Shown here: positions 40,118-51,995 of the stretch, one piece after another | Position numbering within the stretch: the stretch's first letter is position 1 | How the letters are laid out: each line of letters starts with the position of its first letter | Source: Trichoplax adhaerens | Taxonomy: Eukaryota > Animalia > Placozoa | DNA: 64,000 nucleotides | Reading direction: 5' to 3' | Assembly: GCF_000150275.1 (NCBI RefSeq) | Contig: NW_002060953.1 | Span: forward strand, 1,151,693 to 1,215,692 | Notes under the pieces: generated by a model | Databases searched by the model: none | What the model saw: only the letters and a program-made list of their open reading frames with translations | Told to the model about the DNA's origin: nothing | Made by a program: the position numbers and the translations under genes

Positions 40118-40427
40118 AATGAAGCGTCGATCTTACATTTTATTACGGGAAGATTAGAGATGACAGGATCATTTCATTTTATTTTCCTTTTATTGGCTCG
40201 TATTGCAATCCTACCATCAACATCTCTCCACTTTAATATCGATTAAAATACTGTCTTTGCGTTAATAGTTCAATTTTGTCAAACTTGGCAATCGACTTAT
40301 TTCGTATACTACAAAAAACTCTGCTAACGGTGTTTACTTTTTTTCTTGACTTTGATCATACCACAGAAACCATCTCTAGGATAAAACAGCGTTGATTATA
40401 CTCCAGTCGATACATAGAAATAATAGA

Positions 40428-42907
40428 ATGGATGATGGTAAAGAATCTGTGGACGTATCCAGTGCCGATCAAAGTGTTTGGTTGCTAAAGGTAATACACT
40501 ACTTACGAGTAGAGTACTTTAATGAAGAATTATAAATTGATCAACTCCATGACTCTGGCAATAAAATCTGTCGTAGTACAGTAGATAGGCGATACAAGAC
40601 ACTTATTCTGACTGACATGGTTTTCGCTTGATATTGCCTTTGCTGATTAGAGTACCATTATCCATTATTCCAACGTTGTATTAGTTGATAATTAGTCGGC
40701 AATACTAAAGCAAATGGCAATGTCTGCTTACAGTAGGCTTGAAGATTCTCAGTAGTTTGCCGTATGGTAGGCAATCGATGTTGCAACACGTCACTGATAA
40801 TTGGTAACGAAAGAGTTAATTGCGTCTACTTTACTAATTTACTATTCACATGCCATAGCAATTGTTGCAGTATTATTATTAAATATCGACTTAGCTATCG
40901 GCAAATTGACGCATACGAGTTCCGTTGGTATATCGTTCACTCTATAATGTAGACTTTCAGCCAATTCATTGCCTAGAAGAACTCTTCCCGTTTCCTTTTA
41001 CTCTTATTATTATTGTTAACGATTGCCGATGCCAAGTTATTGACAATCTCGTTGACAACATAGCATTTGAGATAGCTCTGATGCCAGTGTAATATCGCAT
41101 TCAGCAAATCCAAGTAATGACTGGTTTACAGTTATTACAAAATTATAAAGGAATTGACTAGGCAATGTAATGAACCCTTTTAAGTTATTCGTCTCGCTAA
41201 TTTTTACAAAATTGTAAAGGAATTGAGTCGGCAATGTAATGAACCCTTCAAAGTTGTTCGTCTCACTAATTTCTACAAAATTATAAAGGAATTGAGTCGG
41301 CAATGTAATGAACCCTTCAAAGTTGTTCGTCTCACTAATTTCTACAAAATTATAAAGGAATTGAGTAGGCAATGCAATGAACCCTTTCAAGTTGTTCGTC
41401 TTGCTAATTTTTATGTTATAGGTTCCTAAATTTGTATCGCAGGCCTGGCAAAAGTCAGAGAGTGGTAAGGTAGGCTCCGTCAAGATCCAAAAGTAAGTTT
41501 ACGCAAAACTATATTGCGGTCTATTTGTAGGGTTTTAATGCGTCAAAGAGTTGTATGATATAAGGATACCACAAATATACCTAATTTGGAATTTATACGT
41601 TTTATTCTTAAATTGGTAATGACATAGAAAAGGCCCCAATGAAGAGGTTAGTTTCCCTTTCTTTAGCATTGTTATGTGATAGGGTGAATTTTTGCAAGAT
41701 TAATTTGAAAAGATGATATATCTTTGCAATGTAGATGTTATTTCTTTTGGAAAATAGCTTAACTACAGCTACTTCAAGTGGCGAAGCAAATATTCCTACG
41801 GAATATAAATTAGTTTCCAATGAGTGTGGACAATATCAAGTAGCGTTAAAACGATCACTGTGTAAGTATTTCAAGCTAAATTTGTTCATTGCATGCTATA
41901 ATTGGAATAGCGGTTATGAATGGCCATAGTGTTAGACATTTCCAAGTATACATAGTAATAGTATTGGTAACCAAGGTGCTATAGTGTTTCAATCCATACA
42001 AATAATCAGTGGTAAACTAAATCTGAGCTAAATCATGCTTGATATATCGTAGCAAGCCTTAATGAATCAATCGTTCAGTGTATAATCTATTGTATGCTAT
42101 CAATACTAACCATTTACTCTGTTTTTATGACAATCTGTTAAAATACGTTGCATAACCCTTTCAGCAATAGACAACGCCGCCGATTCATCGACTGGTAAGT
42201 TTCTGAAAGATACCGTAGTCTTTTACTGTTGTGACAGCAAAAATATTCCCAAAATTGATGCATTGCCTTACCAACTATCTCAAACTGAACATTCCATGCA
42301 GAACCAGAAATTGTTGGTAAAGTTGTACGAAAAATTGACCTAAGGGCGCTTAATGAACGAATGTATTTGAATCTCAAGCGTAGAAAAACAGAACTTGCAA
42401 AATCTCCTCGTCGTCAACCTAAGTTTTTAAGTCAAGTTGTTAATACATATCGTCCAGTTTCTGATCATGTTGAACTTCGAGTACCTGTACAGAAGAAGGA
42501 AGAAGGCAAGAGAGCTCGTGCTGATCGTGATCACGTAAAAGAGATGTTATTTGCCGCTTTTGAAAAGCATCAATATTATAGTCTTAAAAGTTTAGCAGAC
42601 ATTACGCAACAACCTGTGGTAAGTAAAAGCTAGAGTTATTCCACTCTCGTTTCTACACGACTCAATAGCAAATTGAGTATGACATCAAATGCCACTAATT
42701 TTGTACTCTTTTTAACAATATCCCAATGTTGATCAACCTAAATGTATGATTTTACCGTATTAGATGTACCTTAAAGGAATTATGCACGAAATTGGACAAT
42801 TCAATACAAAGGAAAAACGATATCGAAATTTATGGGAGTTAAAACCCGAATATAGGCATTATAGTAGCAGTAAGAAAGGCCAAGATGATGTTGGTAAATC
42901 CAACTGA
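40428..42907 (+). CDS. GTF2F2: General transcription factor IIF subunit 2 (TFIIF beta / RAP30), ~256 aa, 7 coding exons
   Basis: Exons 40428-40490, 41422-41492, 41628-41646, 41735-41861, 42165-42194, 42302-42618 and 42764-42907, all GT-AG and in frame (771 nt). Motifs VWLLK|VPKFVSQAW, KKEEGKRARADRDHVKEMLFAAFEKHQYYSLKSLADITQQP and LWELKPEYRHY match RAP30. Confidence 0.95.
41130..41418. repeat. 60-bp tandem repeat (~4.5 copies) at the 3' end of the first coding-region intron of GTF2F2
   Basis: Unit acaaaattataaaggaattgagtcggcaatgtaatgaacccttcaaagttgttcgtctcactaatttct; explains the repetitive ORFs 41037..41483(-) and 41223..41429(+). Confidence 0.93.
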
Positions 42908-45060
42908 TATCATTCACCTTGTAATTTTATATTTCTTATCATTATGGAATATCATCAAAGCGTAGTGTAAATTTTGACATCTGCATGCAGGGATGAGAAG
43001 AATTTATGTAGCTTTATCCAAATGTATGTTTTAAAAATTGGTAGCTTTAGGTATTCAATGCTATTGAAAAGTTTTCAACGACAATATTCTTCCCTTAACT
43101 GTTGATTATTACGTTAAAATTGGCTAAATAATAGACCCAAGGTATAATGATTTTTCAGTTGTGTTTCTGAAATTACTGTCCAATTGTACATAATGTTTGT
43201 ACCCGACCTTACTTACGTTTCGCTTTAGTAAAGCGGGTTGAAATGTAATGTATATTGATATTCTTTTCCTAAACAAAATAAAATTTATTGTTGTCTTTGT
43301 GTCACGAAAGTAATCTTCGTGACGTATACTTTATTTCTATGTTACGTTCTATATGTGTTTATATCTCAGAAATGATTTACGGTCTCCTTAATTGTAATTT
43401 TAGTGGTTAACAGTTGATATCCTTAATTTAGGATTACATAGACTTTAAAATAGTAACTGCCAACCAGCTAAACTGGATTATATGTATCACCCCCTTGGTT
43501 GTTCAGATTCAAAGTACAATTCTTTAGAGGAAATGTCTTAGTAGGATAGCTTTATATTTATCTGTTAAACTATCTATAAAGCATTGATTATTTTAATACT
43601 GTTACAGTAAATTTAATAGGATTAGACTGTATCTAATCTGTACAGATAGAATCTCTTTTGGGTATTAATTTGGTTAATTTCTAATAGACGAGGTGACTTT
43701 TGTAGCTAAACCGGTTTTACGTCCGAAACCTATATAACGGCGAGTTCGCCGATAATATATTAGCTTGTGATTTTCTAGTAAGTCTTGAAGGTCTCCTTGT
43801 GTTAAACCCTAACTGCCTTGGAATACCAATTGTCTGGTATTCCAAATAACAGTAGTAGAGGATAGAAATCATCCTCTCAATCCTTGTTGCAAGTTAGGGC
43901 TATTCCTAGCTCATAATGCTTGCAATCTGGAATATTAAGAAAGTGGTCGAATGTAACGTCACTTTTTTGCATATTTAAATCTCATACACTGTGTATATAT
44001 ATATATCACGGGATACGGTACACACTCTTGTCCTTGTATAATACTTATATTGATCATTGCAAGCGATAAAGCTTAGCGTATTTATAAAGCATATGCTGCC
44101 TGACGTTTAATTCCTATTTTTATCGACTTGTCACTTATGTTTGTCCCGTTGGTGTTACATAAGATAGCAGTTTTAATCCAAGCATTGCGGTACTTTCCAC
44201 ACCAACAAGTGCAATTCCAATATGGTTTATGATCTACCTGGGTATGGCTATGTTATCGAATAGGCCATTTAGTGTATCAGAAGTGTTTTATAAATATTCT
44301 ACCTATATATGGAATTGAAAATGTTCAAAATTTTAAATTTAATCAGACAGCAAGTAGACAACGATAAGTAATTTCAGTACATTTCGACCACCGATTGTAG
44401 AAGTTATTACAATATAGTTCTGGCACGAAAGAATAGTTGAATATTTATTCAATAGTCTCCGATGATAGTTATCCTTAAATTTTGTCAATTGTATTTTGGA
44501 ATAAACTTCGTTAGCTTTCTAAGTTTTCATTTACGTCCATTACAATTGATTGCTATCGCTAAAGAATGCAAACTAACGCATTTCAATAATTAGTAAATAT
44601 TGCATTCTGATCTAGGCGAGAAGTATTATGTTACGCATATTTTTAGCTATACTAGAAAATGATGTGAATAGAAATATCAGATATAGAGCAATACGCTTGA
44701 ATATCATTTATTAATTAATTGTATAATCGCCTAAACTACTCACTCTAAATTTTTGTTCATGGTACAAGTTTTACAACAAGTTTTGGATAATTGTAGACTT
44801 TTCATACGCGGATATACGCCTGAGATATTAGCTCTTAACTTTCGAATATTAATTCTCTTTATTTTAAACCCTACAGTATGTGAAATAGTGTCTATTTCCT
44901 CTGTTCCCGATCATTTAATTCTATATAGCTCTCGATCCGCTCAATATTGCATTATTTCTATTAATTTGATAATATAATACTTTCGTAAGAAAACTTATCC
45001 ATTCCTACTCATTTGGGTACTCTATATATAGTTAGGACGGCGCCATTCTTTCTAGCAAAT

Positions 45061-48000
45061 ATGTCTGTATTAATGGTCAAGTATTATCTTGCTTCTACCG
45101 TAGCGTTAATTTTATTGCTACACAAGGTCAATGGTGAGCTTTATGCGGTAAGTAAAATACTATTAAAAACTAATTGACTCACTTGCTTTGGATTCGACTG
45201 AGATAATGTTGCCTTGATCTGTACTAGTCCAATTCATAGTTACAGTCGTACGTAGAAAAGTGATAGGATGATGAGATTAAATGATATAACTAACTTAAAA
45301 TAACGAAATTAGGTTACTTATTGAATTTCTATCTTTAGACCACAGCAACCAACGTAACATTCGTGTTTCCAAGTTTGGAAGCAAAATTTGGACCTCGCCT
45401 TCCGATGAATGGACTGAGAGTGCGTTTCTGTTCTAAAATGTAGTTTTGCAAGGCATAGTGGTTATGAAATCCGACTTATATGCGCTCTTATGTAACTAAT
45501 AAATGAGTAAATTTAAGATTATTGCTAAATTGAACTCTGAAAATTCTATTTCAGGGCATTATTAATACAGCTAATCCAATAGATGCCTGCTCCACAATTC
45601 GTCCGCCGCCTTATAATTCATCTAAATTAAATTGGTTTGTGGTCATTAGGCGTGGCGGATGTGATTTTTCTGTCAAAGTTTATACGGCCCAACAGGCTGG
45701 ATACGCTGCCGCTATCGTATATAATAATGGTGGATCCAATGAAATAACACGAATGGAAGGTGGACCAGGTGTTTAATTATTTCTATTAGAAAGATATTAA
45801 AATTGTCCTCTGATTTAAGGAATAGGGGAATAGTTTGCGTGTTTTATTCACCATTTATTATATTACGATCGTTTATAAACGATAGTTGCTTAATTGTATT
45901 TTAGACTTCGCAGTCGTTCAGATACCTTCAATTTTTGTCGGCGAAGTAAGTTTGAATATTTTGATGATAAGATTGATTATATGTCTTATTTTTAATTTTA
46001 ATATTAGTATTGAGTAGACTAAATTGTGACTAACTTCTAAGACTAAAATACTATCAACAGAAAATTCTACATTTAATTGTCATCAAGTCTTACAATTAAC
46101 AAATATATACGTATTCCAGTTCTAAATTGACTAAGAATAATGTTCTAGTAGAGCTATTCATTATTTTGGCTGTACTAGAGCAGATTTAATTGTATTATGC
46201 ACGATAGAAATCTACCTATGAGTCTTCAAAATATAGATAACTTAAACCTTTAGAATGTTCACTAAAGCCTTCGTTATCGTAATCACATCATTCTATATGA
46301 GTAGACCAAGCGTTGCAAAAATTGGCCAATAATCATATTACTAAGCAAATATCTTTAATAGCAAACACTGAATCTCTAAATGTAAGCATCTTTGCTACAT
46401 TTTATCTAAAACTAGCCATTGAGAATTGTTCTCACTAATTTAGTACAAAGTTAACGTCAAATTTTACCATACGGAGATCTTTTAAACGAAATGGTACTGA
46501 TTTGCAGTATTAGTAAAGAACTATTTATGCTAGAAATGTTTGTAATATCAGCTAGTGCTAAAGATTTCATCACTAATTCATACAGAATTTTAGAACTTAA
46601 AGTTACGCTATCTAGTCATTATTACTATATTTCAAATACAGAAATAGCGTTAAATCAATCCATATATTAGACTTAAGCTAAGAGTATTTAAATTTATTTT
46701 GGTAGATACTAATATTAATCCATCTACGAGCAGCTATAAAAGGAAAAAATTGTTAACCATTAAATTAATCCTTTCATCATTTTAGTGTGATCAAAAGCAG
46801 GTGCTTTCTACGGTTTCGCATTTTAAGTAATCGACAGCATATCTAGTTATACATTTATATTAAATAGAGGCTAAAACTTTTAATCTTAAAGTTCATTAGT
46901 ATTCAATTTCAGATGTAATCGATTTCTCTGTCAATAATATAATTCTACCATCGTTGTTGTTATTTACTGGTCAAATTAGTCAGAACCATGAATAAATTTA
47001 ACAGCTAGGGAAATACCCAATGTACTCTCATCCTGAGGACTTACCGATGCTTTTAAATGTAGATTTGACTCTAGTGCATGATAATTGTAATGAGAACTCC
47101 CAAATGAAAATGAAGATAATAAATATTAATTAATCAAATCAGTTTGAATTTTAGGATTTTTTGCACGGCTTATTGTGTCTTTATGACTTTAGGAAACTGG
47201 ATTTGCTCTGCGAGAGTCTTTCTTTTATGCCACGGGGTACCTTAATTTATTCACTAATCGAAATAAAAGAGAAGCAAATATTAATCCAGAGATTCAGGCA
47301 TTTATTTTGAATTGTCTATTTCTAATTTTTGTCACTAGAGCGACAATAGTTTTGGCTAGAACGTTTCCATCATTATGGACTTTTTACTGCTTACCTTTTG
47401 TAATGATTGGAGTAATTTGTATTCTGATGCTATTAGGACTGGTATGTACGGTATACTTTATATGCTTTCATTCCAAAGTAGATATTTGATCAGGTTGAAC
47501 TTAAAAAGTTACTATCACAATAACTATCTCAATTTATATTTTTCTCCTGATAAGATAAATAATAATTTTAATTTATAATCGTTGCTATTCATGATTGTAA
47601 TAAAAAGGCAATCAGTGGTTTACATATGATGGTTCAGAAGCATCGAGATCGAAACAGGCTTCGTCGACGCGTCGATTCTTTACCAACTAAAAAGTTTAAG
47701 AAAGGTAGAGCATTTAATCTCGTCAATTAGCTATCTGTTAGATTGCTGTTACCAAATGCAGCACCTTGCATAAGCAGCTAATTTTAATCCAAATTTATTA
47801 GTTATGCATAGTATTAAATAGCCTATTGTAGAATAGCATATAATGTTTGCGGATAAAGCAAGTTATTACTGAATTTAATTGTTAAATATTATAGTAGCAA
47901 ATTCAGATAACCTAATCTATACCGGACGCAGCTAGATCTTAGAACTAAACTCCCCCGATAGGAATCAGTCATTTATATATCCGCATTACAACATGCTGAC

Positions 48001-49761
48001 AAACATATTTACCAAATTATTCTCCAAACATCTCAAATTTTAATCTAATTCAGGCTATCGATTTCCTTACCCAGCTCCATACTTAATATGCCTCGAAAGA
48101 GGAACTGCAAGCCAGCGTAATTGCCATCCTACACTCTAAGTCGATCATAATCTAGTTACTGTACTAGTTACCGAGACACGTTGATGCCATCAACAGAGGT
48201 GCCTTACATTTTCACTTAAGGCTATGGCTGTCACTCCTAAATTTTTCATTAATAGCCCTTGACCATTCTGTACCTAAATATAGTACCTTTGAAACTCCTA
48301 CGGATTAGTGCCGCAATCTTACTATTTATCATCGCGCCATACTTAGGGATCTATTTTCTGCAAAGTATGAAACTGGATGCAATTAATTGACTTGAGGGCT
48401 AAATTTGCTAATTTTCATATGCAGAAGATTGATCTCTTCATATCTATATCGTAAGAGGTTAGAATGTTTACTGGGATTTGATGAATTAATTTTCAGTGAA
48501 ATACAAGAGACAAGTTAGAGCGAAGAAGAACTGATTTATTGAGACAGAGAAAATTACAATATACTCTAGGCGAAAACAGGATAGTTTATATAACCGATGG
48601 ACAACTGACAAGGAGATAATGAATGATGTATTATAGAACTACACCGATATTCATATAGCACGCATACAACGTATAAGTATATATGCTGTACAATATTGGT
48701 GAAAACTTATGTTATGATTCATTACATAATTTTTCAATATCAAAATAAACTCATTGACTTATAAATAATAGTAAAGGGGATAAATTTGACTTGAGTAATT
48801 TTCTTAATTTCAGGGAGGGTGATGGAACAATTCTTGTTTCATATTACTTCAATTGAATACAAATTCTCTTAAACCAGTAATAGTTTCTTTTAATACTCTG
48901 AATGATTAATAGAGATAGGTAAAGTTTATTAATTAAGATATTGAGAAGGCTGAAATATTTCTAATTAATACGTTTTTAAATATGAATATGCATCACCGGT
49001 GACATTTTAGGCCTTGCAAATAAATGAAAGGAAACATTATTTTAAGCCAGATCAGATCAATTAAATATCAGCTATATGGAAAATACAATATTTCTGGTTC
49101 TGTTCTTCCTTTATGTAACCATAATTAAATAGTAAAAATTTCCCCAAACATTACTGTATGGTATATCATTTTACTACTGCATCATTAATTCCAAAAATGT
49201 AATGTCTCAATTCTTGCTGTCTTTGCATTTTTAGGTCGAGACGATCAAATTTACGATGTTTGTGCTGTTTGCTTGGAAGATTATGAAGATAATGATAAGC
49301 TGAGACTTTTGCCTTGCAATCATGGTAAATGGGCATGCATTTTAAATTCGTAATGGACTCCATGACTAGAATTTAGAAATTTTGAAAAATCTATAGCACT
49401 GTGAAACTTTCACAATAATTCCATCAAACATTTTAGTCAAGCTTCAATGTAATAATATAGTGTTTCATATGATTTGACTACTTTAGCTTTCCATGCTCGA
49501 TGTATTGATCCTTGGATATTAGGCCAAGATAAAAGCACTTGTCCCTTGTGCAAGCAGCCTATTAACAAGAAAGCGGAACAAACAGATTGTGAATGCAATC
49601 GTACAGAGGAAGAAACAGAACCTAACCAATATGCAGCATCAGCAATTACAAATCACGAGGACGCGGAAGCGGCACTGGGAGCCACTGGCACTTCTGAATC
49701 GACACCGCTAATGTTGTATAATCTACAACCTGAACCAACTCTTTCTGACTCTCCAAAATAA
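45061..49761 (+). CDS. PA-TM-RING-H2 E3 ubiquitin ligase, RNF13/RNF167-like, paralog A (~343 aa, 9 exons)
   Basis: Exons 45061-45147, 45339-45419, 45555-45768, 45905-45945, 47193-47236, 47339-47441, 47608-47704, 49235-49324 and 49487-49761. Signal peptide; PA domain ([51 protein letters not shown]); TM; RING-H2 CAVCLEDY...[15 protein letters not shown]...CPLC. Confidence 0.93.
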
Positions 49762-51995
49762 TCTTAATTAATGCTGATTATTGTGGTGAACCCCTTGATC
49801 GAAATTTTAGTTAGGACAATTTTGTATATGAATTACTGTAGCTGCTTATAATGAATTCTGAATCTTCTTAGCCAATTAGATTTCAATTAAATCTTCATGA
49901 GGTTAAATTTAGATATTAATTAGAGAGGATAGAATCTTTCCATGTCGAATACAAATCATTTTATTCCCATGCAAAACTAATATGAGTCTCCAAATCTTAA
50001 TTTTTAAAATTAGCTATTTACTATTTTATAAAATGAAGCTTACTCCTATAATGCAATATAACTTTAGCCTTAGCTTGATGATGATGCAGTAACAAGGCTA
50101 TAAATGCGGGCCTCTAGAATTGTAGAGCATAATGTATAGTATAGTATAATAACGTAATTTTAAATTAAACAGTGGTCAACAATTATGATATAGAATAGAA
50201 AGTATCAATAATTTTGTAGAATTCTAATAGTAATGCTGAAAGAATATGATTTAAAATGATATAATTGTAATCATGAAGAAATGTAATAAATAAGTTTAAG
50301 AAATATTTCAGTGATATCAGCAATAGTCGTTCTATCATATATTATGCCAGTTTCAAACCGTCATAAATAGTATGATTACGTTTTAAGCCACTGTTTTGTA
50401 AATTTATTTTTTGAGCTCTTTAAGGTTTTTGATAAATTAGAGTATCTAATAGATATCACTGTAAACGGTGTAAATTAAATTTTATAAGTCTTCAGGGCTA
50501 AAAACGATCTCGCATCACACTTTACATCTTTAATTAATCCGTATCAGAATGTAGTGCTTGGGTTTTACAATCCCTTAGGTTCGCAATCGTCTAACTTAAA
50601 ATTAAGCAAATCTCTAACGAGACACGAGATTGTAAGCATAATAGACTATTCTACTTCTTAATGCTACCGTGTTTTAATTACTATTGTAATTAGCTGAAAT
50701 TACTAAACAGAAAAAAAAGACTTTACTTATAATAAGTGTAGTAGAATCCACACTCATTATACTTGACGTGCTGTAGGTACTTGAATTTTTTACTTTACAT
50801 TAGCACTGTTGCTTCGTACTGAGTATATTGTATTAACCGTAACCGTTGTTATACTGTATTTAAGCGTATTACTTACTATATTATTCCAATCAGATAACTT
50901 ATACATAAATTAAAATTTCAATATTGCTTTCACGTAGTCTTCTTATGGTACAGTATTTTCATAGAACGCTAATTTGCTCAGATGTAGTCAAGTATGGATA
51001 TTGTACATAATCTAAGGTCTGAATGTATTATACCATTGCTTTCAGTACCTTGTGTAATTTTATATTTGAATTTTTTATCATTTTCAAACGAGGCTATAGC
51101 AAAAAATTAATGAAAATTCACGTAATTTTGTCAATATTTTATTGTAAAATCATTGAGATCGAGCAATTTCGTAATACTATTCCTTATTTGCACATTCTAT
51201 TGTCAGAAGGGCATGTTTCCGTGTAGCAACAGTCCGGCGGTATCAATATTTAAAAATAGCCTACAATAATGATGAAATTAACCGATTGGCAGGCATATTG
51301 ACAATATAAAAGAACATATGGCTAGTATAATTGACAATCTATTAATTTCTATGATTGTCTAAATAAAATTCCCATTATAATAATCATTTTTTCACACCCA
51401 AACCTCATACCGGTAATGATTGCAGTATTACCTGTTGGCTCGCAGAGTTATAATATCTTCATTATTCTGCACATTTTAGACTGTAAGACGAGTATATATC
51501 TTTTATACAACCTGCTGTCAAGCATTTTGCGCTTAGTTTACCTGGATTGAAGACTTTTCTTCCAAATAAAAAATTAAGGCTAGAATCAATTGATTTTGGT
51601 AAATTAAAATGAAATAATCGTACCTCATTATACGCTAGTACCAGAACTAGCTTCAGCTTTATTCTAGTCGTCATTTTATTGTCATCTTAAAAATAGCCAT
51701 TATTGAAGTTCCCCGATTTTAGTAGCCTTGATGTTGATAGATTCTAGTTTATAGCTCGCAAGCTGTCATGATTGATGTTTTAACCGTTATTACGCGATAA
51801 TAGTGGTGAAATACTAACACTATTAAGATTCGATTTAGCTATTAATAGCTCTATCAATCCACGAAGCTGATACTTAAGAGCGATTCTTTAAATTCGTGAC
51901 AATGTGTCTAAGACTTTCGTGTTGACTTTATCCAATTTTTTATTTATATGCACCATCTTTTCTCGGGATAAGTGAGCGTATATAACGATATCGAA

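Noticed and set aside
39516-41483. Repetitive ORFs over the 39.5-40.1 kb and 41.0-41.5 kb arrays
   Set aside because: By-products of tandem repeats lying in GTF2F2 intronic or upstream sequence.
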